NCBI GenBank assembly: GCA_001443365.1
Contig: LDXL01000004.1
Span: 166,870 to 190,869 of the forward strand
Direction: 5' to 3'
Length of the DNA stretch: 24,000 nt
Source of the DNA: Thaumarchaeota archaeon CSP1-1
GTDB taxonomy: Archaea; Thermoproteota; Nitrososphaeria; Nitrososphaerales; Nitrosopumilaceae
Shown here in pieces: positions 15,939-23,286 of this stretch. The translations under genes and the position numbers were made by a program. Below the pieces are notes generated by a model. It did not search any database and was not told the DNA's origin. It saw only the letters and a list, made by a program, of their open reading frames with translations. Numbering within the stretch: position 1 is the stretch's first letter; each line of letters opens with the position of its first letter.

Positions 15939-16820
15939 ATGATGTTAAACTACGACTATCCAATGTATAGACCTCCTTCTGAAGCTAAATCTCTAATATT
16001 CCAAGTAACTCTAGGATGCTCATTTAACCAGTGTTCTTTTTGTGATATGTATAGATCAAAAGAATATTCTGAAAGGCCATGGGAGGAAATTAAGATGGAA
16101 ATCGATATGATGGCTAAACAGATGCCTGATACACCAAGAATTTTTCTTGCAGATGGTGATGCATTGAACCTTCAAACTGACTATATGATAAAGATTGTAA
16201 ACTATCTTTACAAAAAATTTCCTAATTTAGAACGAGTGTCATGTTATGCAATGCCAATGAATTTACTCAAAAAAACTCCTGAAGAATTAAGAAAAATGTA
16301 TGAAGCTGGACTTAAAATGATGTACATAGGAATCGAGAGTGGCTCCGATATTGTATTAAAAAAAGTAACAAAAGGAGCAACATCTCAGACAATCATTAGA
16401 GCTTGTCGTAAGGCAATAGATGCAGGTTTCACTATTTCATGTATGGTTATACTTGGATTAGGTGGTAAGACCTACACTAAAGAGCACATAAGAGGAACAG
16501 CGGAGGTACTAAGCGCTGCATCCCCTCAATACTCTGCTGCACTTACCTTAATCATTGAACCTGGGGTGAAAGATGAATTCATGACAAAGTTTGGTGAACC
16601 CTTTATCCCAATTTCAGATTCAGAAGCTCTAGATGAGCTAGAGGATTTAGTTAGTAAAATTGAAACAAAGGAAGAGATTATTTTTAGAGCAAACCATGGA
16701 TCCAATGCATACACTATCAAAGGAACCTTCCCACAAGACAAACAATCAATGTTAGAAAAGATTTCATGGATGAAACAACATCCAGAAGCTGTTAGACCTG
16801 AAGGTCTTCGAGGATTCTAA
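15939..16820 (+). CDS. Radical SAM enzyme with non-canonical CX4CX2C cluster motif
   Basis: LGC35SFNQC40SFC43DMY (numbering from TTG 15915), a GGE-like LADGDAL, and IGIESGSD typical of the radical-SAM TIM barrel. ATG 15939 (MMLNYDYPMYRPPSEA) is preferred over the TTG 15915 of the ORF track. Confidence 0.8.
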   Translation: MMLNYDYPMYRPPSEAKSLIFQVTLGCSFNQCSFCDMYRSKEYSERPWEEIKMEIDMMAKQMPDTPRIFLADGDALNLQTDYMIKIVNYLYKKFPNLERVSCYAMPMNLLKKTPEELRKMYEAGLKMMYIGIESGSDIVLKKVTKGATSQTIIRACRKAIDAGFTISCMVILGLGGKTYTKEHIRGTAEVLSAASPQYSAALTLIIEPGVKDEFMTKFGEPFIPISDSEALDELEDLVSKIETKEEIIFRANHGSNAYTIKGTFPQDKQSMLEKISWMKQHPEAVRPEGLRGF

Positions 16821-16830
16821 AAAATTATTT

Positions 16831-17094
16831 TCATAATTGAGCTAAAAGCGGTTTTAGATTTTCTGGTAGTTCAGGTAGTTCAGTATGGCTTTCGTTGTTT
16901 TCCAAAACTTCAGGTCCAATTCTCCTTACTTTTTGAGTTCCAATAAGAGTATCAATCCCTCTTTGAACATCTTTTTCTGAAAATACTCTCTTTAATTTTT
17001 CAATTAAAACCTCTTTATTTTCATATTTTTTTATAGCATATTGTATTAGGGTCATTTTTTCATCCTTAGATAGTTCGGCCATTTGTAGATTCAT
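16831..17094 (-). CDS. Small hypothetical acidic protein
   Basis: 87-aa ORF 36 nt downstream of the Lrp/TRASH regulator gene on the same strand. Predicted helical. No recognisable motif. Confidence 0.45.
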   Translation of the reverse strand: MNLQMAELSKDEKMTLIQYAIKKYENKEVLIEKLKRVFSEKDVQRGIDTLIGTQKVRRIGPEVLENNESHTELPELPENLKPLLAQL

Positions 17095-17130
17095 AATTTG
17101 TGCAGAATAAAAAACATTCCTTATTTCAGA

Positions 17131-17565
17131 TTATTTTTCAAGATTTTGCTTGGAAAGAGAATTTATTCTTCCACCATACTTGTCTTTGTATAATGTTCGA
17201 CATGAAGTACAACAAAAGAATCTCTCATACCGACCAAACTTCAAAACTTTTGGCTGGCTAGTTATCTCACCATCACAATAGTCACAGTTAACATTTACTG
17301 CAAGACCAGTTTGAATATGCGATTCTGGAGTTTTTATAACAGAATCTTCGGATATTTGTTTGTGAATTTTTTTATCAATCTTTTTCATATCTATGATCGG
17401 GGATACTGACTTTATCAAACCCAAGTTAACCAGCCTTTGATATCTAGACTTTATTGTTGGGGTGCTTATTGATAATTCTCTTGATATTTCTCGAAAGGAT
17501 TTTCTACCATCCTTCATCAATGATTTGATTATTGCTACATCTGTTTTATCTAATTTATGAGGCAA
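17131..17565 (-). CDS. Transcriptional regulator: Lrp/AsnC-type HTH fused to a C-terminal TRASH metal-binding domain
   Basis: The N-terminus LDKTDVAIIKSLMKDGRKSFREISRELSISTPTIKSRYQRLVNLGLI is an Lrp/AsnC HTH. The C-terminus NCDYCDGEITSQPKVLKFGRYERFFCCTSC fits the TRASH consensus C-x2-C-x20-C-x3-C (Ettema et al. 2003). A TTG start is forced by an in-frame upstream stop and the need to include the HTH. Confidence 0.78.
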   Translation of the reverse strand: MPHKLDKTDVAIIKSLMKDGRKSFREISRELSISTPTIKSRYQRLVNLGLIKSVSPIIDMKKIDKKIHKQISEDSVIKTPESHIQTGLAVNVNCDYCDGEITSQPKVLKFGRYERFFCCTSCRTLYKDKYGGRINSLSKQNLEK

Positions 17566-17585
17566 TGATTTGGTACACCTTGTTT

Positions 17586-17614
17586 GATATTTAATGATTA
17601 GACTTTACAAATGA
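17586..17614 (-). promoter_or_regulatory. Conserved 29-nt promoter/operator element, copy 1 (upstream of the TRASH regulator gene)
   Basis: The minus strand reads TCATTTGTAAAGTCTAATCATTAAATATC, then 20 nt, then TTG 17565. 26 of 29 positions are identical to copy 2. The 3' part (TTAAATAT) sits where a TATA box is expected. Confidence 0.5.
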
Positions 17615-17618
17615 CAAC

Positions 17619-17849
17619 TTAGTTATTGTGATAGAGTTTTTTGATCAATTCCTTTTTTGTTGGAACTCCTATAAACTCCAACTTGTCATCTATTACAATT
17701 CCAGGAGCAGTAAAGATTGGATATTTTTGAAGGTATTCTGGTTTTTCTGTAACATCTATAGTTGTATACAAAACCCCAAGCTCATCAAACATCTTTTCAA
17801 CTATATTACAATTTGAACATGCAGGAGTTGTAAGAATTTCAACCTTCAT
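17619..17849 (-). CDS. Small thioredoxin-fold CxxC protein (Thioredoxin_3 / redox-active disulfide protein 2-like)
   Basis: 76 aa. MKVEILTTPAC11SNC14 with a cis-Pro region TAPGIVIDDKLEFIGVP. Its start ATG overlaps the stop of the upstream YHS gene (ATGA, 17846-17849). Confidence 0.75.
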   Translation of the reverse strand: MKVEILTTPACSNCNIVEKMFDELGVLYTTIDVTEKPEYLQKYPIFTAPGIVIDDKLEFIGVPTKKELIKKLYHNN

Positions 17850-17983
17850 GATTTCTCAAATTGTTCTGGATTTCTCTCAAAGGCCCATTTACAGCTTGCA
17901 CAACAAAAATAGAATTTCCTACCGTTATAGTCTAAAGAATCATGTTTTTCATCAACTTCCATGCCACAAACAGGATCTTTCAT
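17846..17983 (-). CDS. YHS/TRASH-domain mini-protein (45 aa), putative metallochaperone
   Basis: Not in the ORF track because it is under 60 aa. Hand translation: MKDPVCGMEVDEKHDSLDYNGRKFYFCCASCKWAFERNPEQFEKS, a near-consensus YHS domain (DPVCGM.V......Y.G..YYFC...C...F..NP..). ATGA overlaps with the genes on both sides. Confidence 0.72.
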   Translation of the reverse strand: MKDPVCGMEVDEKHDSLDYNGRKFYFCCASCKWAFERNPEQFEKS

Positions 17984-18978
17984 ACAGTAACCTTTGCCTC
18001 CCTTTTATTTGCAAAATACCATGCTATTGGAAAGACAATTAATCCAGAAAATATTATTGGGATGATCTCCTGTGGTATGACAAAATCAAACATTTTTTGA
18101 TGAATGTGTTCTCCTATATGAAATTCGACTGGAAGGCCAGTCATAGATACAAGATTATTCCAACCTATGTGTACTATTGTACTCTCATACCAATCATGTC
18201 CTCCAGGAAAACCGTTAATTATTAAAAATGAGCCAATGAAAATTAGCATCCATCCTGTAATTTTCTCAATTTTGATTCTGTTAGTGGTCAAGCCCTTTGT
18301 TGCATTAATTCCTAAGATAGCAAGTAAGGAAAATAAAATTAATGGTATTGCTCTTCCTATTCCATGTACTAGGCCAAGCGAGGAACCAATCTCTAAACTT
18401 CCACTTCCTGCAATGTATATCAAAAGCCAATAAAACATTGGATTAGGACATCCAACACCTGCATTGCCAAGTAAAACCCCCATTAGATAAGATTTTGAAT
18501 ATTCGCCTCTATTCTGGATAAACTTTGGAGTCCTTGAATACGATGGCATCTTTAGTGTGATTAATTTTAGTTGTGATAGTCCAAAAATGAATCCAGAGAT
18601 TCCAGCTATGAGAAACATAATGGTAGAGAATTGATCAAGGGAAGTAGTTTTTCCTAAGGTTGCCACTCCTAAACCATACAAAGTTATTGTTGTTGTGAGT
18701 CCTGCACCAAAAAGCAATGCCATTGTTAAACCCTTTTTGTAACCTTTTCCCATACTTAGTGGAATTATTATGAAAACTAGTGGTAGAGTACAAGGAAGAA
18801 TTATCATTGAAAGGCCAGCAACATAAGATATTATCAACCAAGAGGGATAGGAAAAATCGCTTCCAGCTTTTACAGAGATATCACTAGTTAATGAAAAGAT
18901 TACACCAAGAAATATGAAAGAAAATAAGATGAATGCTGTTAAGATCCCTGATTTTTTGGCAAGTACTGATTGAGACAT
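17980..18978 (-). CDS. CcdA/DsbD-family transmembrane thiol-disulfide electron-transfer protein with His-rich C-terminal loop
   Basis: 332 aa, polytopic. Two membrane-embedded Cys motifs, IILPC63TLPL and GVGC177PNPMF, resemble the CcdA motifs (SPCxLP / TPCxGP). The loop at residues 259-296 carries H261, H270, H287, H291 and H293. Confidence 0.6.
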   Translation of the reverse strand: MSQSVLAKKSGILTAFILFSFIFLGVIFSLTSDISVKAGSDFSYPSWLIISYVAGLSMIILPCTLPLVFIIIPLSMGKGYKKGLTMALLFGAGLTTTITLYGLGVATLGKTTSLDQFSTIMFLIAGISGFIFGLSQLKLITLKMPSYSRTPKFIQNRGEYSKSYLMGVLLGNAGVGCPNPMFYWLLIYIAGSGSLEIGSSLGLVHGIGRAIPLILFSLLAILGINATKGLTTNRIKIEKITGWMLIFIGSFLIINGFPGGHDWYESTIVHIGWNNLVSMTGLPVEFHIGEHIHQKMFDFVIPQEIIPIIFSGLIVFPIAWYFANKREAKVTV

Positions 18979-18998
18979 GATTTGAGATATTATTCCCA

Positions 18999-19027
18999 GA
19001 TACTTAATGAATAGACTTTACAAATGT
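18999..19027 (-). promoter_or_regulatory. Conserved 29-nt promoter/operator element, copy 2 (upstream of the CcdA-like operon)
   Basis: The minus strand reads ACATTTGTAAAGTCTATTCATTAAGTATC, then 20 nt, then ATG 18978. The spacing is the same as for copy 1. Confidence 0.5.
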
Positions 19028-19046
19028 AAAAATCTAGGAAGAGGAA

Positions 19047-19121
19047 TGGGCCCACGGGGATTTGAACCCCGGACCTTCGCCGTGTAAGGGCGACGTCATA
19101 ACCGAACTGGACCATGAGCCC
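19047..19121 (-). tRNA. tRNA-Val (anticodon UAC)
   Basis: Hand-folded from the reverse complement. Acceptor GGGCTCA/TGGGCCC, anticodon stem TCGCC/GGCGA with loop CTTACAC, T arm CGGGG-TTCAAAT-CCCCG, discriminator A. CCA is not encoded. Confidence 0.9.
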
Positions 19122-19182
19122 AGCAAAGTACCTTGTTAAAATCCATTTAAACTTTGAGAATCAGTAAAACAAAAAATTAGAA

Positions 19183-20229
19183 ATGGGATCGTTTTCAAAT
19201 CAGGTCATGGTTGGCATAACATTTTTTTGCAGTCCAATTGGTCTAGGTCATGCCGCAAGAGATTCAGCAATTGTTCAACATCTTAAAGAGATTCCAATAA
19301 AATTTGTTACAGGTGATGCTGCAGCAAAATTTCTAAAACAATTAGAATTTAACGTTGAAGACGTATACATTCCACCACAATTTGTTATCAAAAACGGTTT
19401 GTTACAAAATTCACTAAGGTGGCTCTGGAAATATTACAAATATTACAAAGACTGTAAGGATATTTCCTCAAGTATAATTAAAAATGAAAAACCTCAAGTA
19501 ATTGTAAGCGATGAGGATTTTGCGTCTCTTACAGTTGCACAGGAACAAAATCTATCTTCAGTGCTAATTACAGATGTTCTAGAAACCAGATTTACAAAAG
19601 GAATTGGGTCTATAATCGAGAGAAAAATGAATCGATCTATGAAAGACATTATGAAAAAATGTGATGTTATTATTTTGCCTGAAGAGGGAATAGATGAAGA
19701 TAATGTAAGACGAGTAGGTCCAATTGTAAGAACAACCAATTATTCTAGAGAGGAGTTAAGAAAGAAATTTTCTTTTAACAAAAAGACAATTGTTGTTAGT
19801 GTTGGTGGTACAGATGCAGGAAAATTTTTAATTGAAAAAACAATTGAATCTTATACCAAAATAAAAAATGATGTAGAATTGGTAATAGTTTCAGGACCAT
19901 CACTGAAAAAAGATTACGGAGAAAATATTCGAAATTTGGGGTTTGTAAACAATTTACATGAAATAATATTTGCTTCGGATCTAATTGTATCTCTTGGAGG
20001 AAAATCTACAATTGATGAGTCAAAGTCATATGGAACTCCTGGTATTTTCATACCAATAAAAAATCATTTTGAACAAGAAGATAACGCCATGAGGGAGGGG
20101 TTCTCACATGAGGACGTAAATAAATTGGATTCTTTGATTTCTGAAAAACTTGGAGAAAAACGAAAGCCCAAAAGTTATGATGGAGCCAAAAAAGCGGCCG
20201 AAGTAATAAAAGATATCTTTCCAAAATGA
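19183..20229 (+). CDS. GT-B fold glycosyltransferase (GT1/GT28, MurG/UDP-glycosyltransferase-like)
   Basis: N-terminal FFCSPIGLGHAARDSAI (G-x-GH acceptor-domain motif). C-terminal donor-domain motifs VSVGGTDAG and GGKSTIDESKSYGTPGIFIP...EQEDNA. Confidence 0.7.
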   Translation: MGSFSNQVMVGITFFCSPIGLGHAARDSAIVQHLKEIPIKFVTGDAAAKFLKQLEFNVEDVYIPPQFVIKNGLLQNSLRWLWKYYKYYKDCKDISSSIIKNEKPQVIVSDEDFASLTVAQEQNLSSVLITDVLETRFTKGIGSIIERKMNRSMKDIMKKCDVIILPEEGIDEDNVRRVGPIVRTTNYSREELRKKFSFNKKTIVVSVGGTDAGKFLIEKTIESYTKIKNDVELVIVSGPSLKKDYGENIRNLGFVNNLHEIIFASDLIVSLGGKSTIDESKSYGTPGIFIPIKNHFEQEDNAMREGFSHEDVNKLDSLISEKLGEKRKPKSYDGAKKAAEVIKDIFPK

Positions 20230-20298
20230 AATTTAGATTTTATCAATTAATACCAAACCAATGATTAATACAGGATTATAATTTTTTATTATAATGGA

Positions 20299-21714
20299 TT
20301 GACTAGACTGATAGTAGCAAAATTCGGTGGTAGTGCTATTGGTGCAGATGGACTTTCAATCCCAATTATTATACAAAGAATCAATTCTTTAAAAAAAGAT
20401 GCTAAGGTAATCGCAGTTTTTTCTGCACCACTCACAATACAAAATGGCATGGCTAGATCTTTGACTGACATAGTTCTAGAGCTTGGAAGAAATGCGGAAA
20501 AAGGAGAAATACCAAAACTTGATGAGCTGAAAAATGCTTATGAAAAAATTCTTGAATTAGTTAGTTCGGATTATCAAGAAGAATGCAAAAATGTAATTAA
20601 TTCATTTTTAGAAAAATCAAGAATGGCCTTAGAAGATGCAAAACAAAAAGGAGTATTTGCTGATGAGATTCGTTCTAGAGCACTTGCAAATTCAGGTGAA
20701 CTTCTTATGTCTCAGGTAATGAATTATATTTTCAAAAGCCAGGGAATTAGTTCTGAAGCAGTAGATTTTGAATGCTGGCCTATTATTACTGATAATAACA
20801 TAGAATCAACAAACTTTCTTTTATCAAAATCAATAGAAAAATTAGATCCGCTAGAAAAATTACTAAAAGAAAATGATGTTGTATCGATGGGAGGTTTTAT
20901 TGGAAAGACAACTGATGGAATAATTACTACATATGAGAGAGGTGGGTCTGATAGAACTGCAATAGATCTAGGAATACTTCTTCACAAAAAATTTGAAACC
21001 ACCATTGATTTTGAAAAAGATAACTCAGTAGTTTCAGCAGATCCTAAAATTGTGACTGAAGAGCTTAGTGAAATAGAACAGCTCTCATACAATGAAGCCA
21101 GACTGGCAGGTATGTTTGGTATGAAGATTTTGGATCCTATTGCTATCAAGGAAATTGTTGAACATGGAGTTGATATGCCTATCATAATTACTAATATGAA
21201 AAATCCATCAAAAATCACTACTATAAAACGAACTCCCGATAATAAAAATGGTCATCCATTAAAAATAGTTACAGGGAAGAAAAACTGTGCAATTTTAAGA
21301 ATAGAAACAGAATATGTACACAAATTATTGGCATCACTAAATAATGAAAAACGGTATAATGAATTTGTTATCTTATCTCCTTTCATAAAAGATGGAATTG
21401 AATTTACAAGAATATTGTTTCTTGATGGAGATTATGTTAAACGGAATGAGAAATTCATCCTAGGATTTGATTCACTGGCTACAATTACATACAATCGAGG
21501 AGTAATTACTCTCATTGGTGACGAAATGTGGAGAGTTCAGCAGATTGCTTCAAAATCAAGTGCTAGAATAGGAGAGGCTGGATTAAACATATTGAATATG
21601 GATGCACAAGAAGAAACTTCAAGAATAATTATAGTGATTGAAGATTCTGGTGACAATATTGAAAAAGCAATCAAAGCAGTGCACAAAGAAAGAACAAAAA
21701 TTCAGTTTGTTTAA
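20299..21714 (+). CDS. Aspartate kinase (amino-acid kinase domain plus C-terminal ACT-type regulatory region)
   Basis: N-terminal IVAKFGGSAIG, then YERGGSDRTA (compare the aspartokinase motif RGGSDTSA). 471 aa. TTG start. Confidence 0.85.
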   Translation: MTRLIVAKFGGSAIGADGLSIPIIIQRINSLKKDAKVIAVFSAPLTIQNGMARSLTDIVLELGRNAEKGEIPKLDELKNAYEKILELVSSDYQEECKNVINSFLEKSRMALEDAKQKGVFADEIRSRALANSGELLMSQVMNYIFKSQGISSEAVDFECWPIITDNNIESTNFLLSKSIEKLDPLEKLLKENDVVSMGGFIGKTTDGIITTYERGGSDRTAIDLGILLHKKFETTIDFEKDNSVVSADPKIVTEELSEIEQLSYNEARLAGMFGMKILDPIAIKEIVEHGVDMPIIITNMKNPSKITTIKRTPDNKNGHPLKIVTGKKNCAILRIETEYVHKLLASLNNEKRYNEFVILSPFIKDGIEFTRILFLDGDYVKRNEKFILGFDSLATITYNRGVITLIGDEMWRVQQIASKSSARIGEAGLNILNMDAQEETSRIIIVIEDSGDNIEKAIKAVHKERTKIQFV

Positions 21715-21864
21715 ACAATAACTAGTTTGGCGCTACGGGTTTTCACCAGTAGTGCCAAAATGGGTTTGTTCTTGGACCGTCATCTAGAATCAGTCCGGCG
21801 TTACCCAAAACACGCTTACTTTGTATTAGAAATCCTAGTATTTAGAGCTGATCTATATAGTCTA

Positions 21865-22077
21865 TCAAGGAAGGCCGCCAGTTGAGTACCAGAGAGCAAA
21901 ACCTGCCCCTATGAGAATATACCATTTGAAGTTTCTTTTGTCCGTAAATATTCGAGGAGAGCCAAGTTCTTCATCACGTTTTGTAGAAACACGAATCTTT
22001 CGCATCTCAAAACCTTGACCAATTAATCCAAACATGACCAATCCAATAGCAAGAACTGGTATTATCCACTCTTCCAT
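21865..22077 (-). CDS. Small hypothetical membrane protein (2 TM)
   Basis: 70-aa ORF with two hydrophobic helices flanking a basic loop (RKIRVSTKRDEE). Its composition looks more like coding sequence than the flanking AT-rich spacer does. Confidence 0.4.
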   Translation of the reverse strand: MEEWIIPVLAIGLVMFGLIGQGFEMRKIRVSTKRDEELGSPRIFTDKRNFKWYILIGAGFALWYSTGGLP

Positions 22078-22331
22078 GTAATTAATAAATAGATTAGATA
22101 TTTAGTTCTAGTGAAATTTTCATTTTAAAAAATCATTAAAAGAACTTGTTTATTCTTAACGTTCAAACCCATCTAGATTACAATCGAATTTTTAATTATA
22201 TCAGTGACTAAAAGCTCATTCCCGTAGAGCAACAAAAAAACATTGGAAGAAAGCCTTGAAGATAAAAAGATGATTAAGCATAAAGGAAAAGTTGCCAATT
22301 CTTTAAATTACTAGAATAGATTCATTTTCAT

Positions 22332-23246
22332 ATGAAGGAAGTAGGTAAAATTTGGATGAATGGAAAGCTTGTGCCATTCAAAAATGCCAAAGTGCATGTC
22401 TTAACTCATGCATTACACTATTCAACGGCAATTTTTGAGGGTATAAGATGCTATAATACTCCTAGAGGTTCGGCAATTTTTCGCTTACCAGAACATGTTG
22501 ATAGATTTTTTAATTCTGCTAAAATGTATTCTATGAAAATGCAATATAACAAAAAACAAATTACAGATGCAATTATCAAGACCGTAAAAAATAGTACTTT
22601 GAAAGAATGTTACATTCGACCCATAGCTTACTATGGGTATGGTGAAATGGGCCTCACACCTACACAGAACAAGGTAGATGTTGCTATCGCCTGCTGGTCA
22701 TGGAAAATGGGTGAATCGAAAGCTGGAAAATTCGCTGGAGCTAGATGTAAAATTTCAAGTTGGATAAGAATTGATTCTGCTGCACAACCAATGAAAGCAA
22801 AGGCTGCACCAAACTATTCTAACGCTGCTCTGGCTCGTGTAGAGGCACTAAATGAAGGGTATGATGAAGCTATAATGCTAAACAATCAAGGAAAAATTGC
22901 AGAGGGGAGTGCAGAAAACATTTTTGTTTTAAAAAATGACCAAATAATTACGCCCCCATTAACTGCAGGAGTTTTAGAAGGTATAACCAGAGATAGCGTT
23001 ATTCAGATCATTAAGGAAAATGGCGGACAAGTAATTGAAGCGGATTTGGACAGGGAGGACCTATACGTAGCTGATGAGGTTTTTATGACAGGAACTGCAG
23101 CAGAGGTAAAATCCGTTACCACAATAGATCAGGCAACAATAGGAAATGGTAAACCTGGTAAGGTTACCAAGGCACTACAAAAATCATTCACAGATGTAAC
23201 GATGGGAAGGGATGAACGATTCCTTCACTGGCTCAAATACATCTAG
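22332..23246 (+). CDS. ilvE: Branched-chain amino acid aminotransferase (PLP fold type IV)
   Basis: YSTAIFEGIRCY, EGSAENIFVLKND, GVLEGITRDSV and FMTGTAAEV are typical IlvE blocks. 304 aa. Confidence 0.9.
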   Translation: MKEVGKIWMNGKLVPFKNAKVHVLTHALHYSTAIFEGIRCYNTPRGSAIFRLPEHVDRFFNSAKMYSMKMQYNKKQITDAIIKTVKNSTLKECYIRPIAYYGYGEMGLTPTQNKVDVAIACWSWKMGESKAGKFAGARCKISSWIRIDSAAQPMKAKAAPNYSNAALARVEALNEGYDEAIMLNNQGKIAEGSAENIFVLKNDQIITPPLTAGVLEGITRDSVIQIIKENGGQVIEADLDREDLYVADEVFMTGTAAEVKSVTTIDQATIGNGKPGKVTKALQKSFTDVTMGRDERFLHWLKYI

Positions 23247-23286
23247 AACTAGGTTTTTTACTGAAAAAATACATAGACAAACGTTA

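Noticed and set aside
17848-18042. Tracked 64-aa plus-strand ORF.
   Set aside because: The opposite strand encodes a near-consensus YHS domain and the C-terminus of the CcdA-like protein, with ATGA coupling. The plus-strand translation has no recognisable features.
21761-21807. Possible C/D-box sRNA or tRNA-like gene in the GC-rich island.
   Set aside because: Neither strand has a RUGAUGA/CUGA box pair in the correct order. There is no GTTCRA T-loop or cloverleaf. I kept only the generic structured-RNA hypothesis.
22078-22331. Unusually long (254 nt) spacer upstream of ilvE, inspected for small ORFs, repeats or an RNA gene.
   Set aside because: It holds only very short ORFs (14 aa or less), about 20% G+C, no convincing stems and no repeat of other motifs. 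It most likely holds divergent promoter regions.
23212-23286. N-terminal extension of the Cys-rich ORF (tracked start 23212), overlapping the 3' end of ilvE.
   Set aside because: The extension overlaps ilvE by 35 nt and adds only featureless residues. The internal ATG 23287 gives a compact Cys/His protein. I kept the shorter model, at modest confidence.
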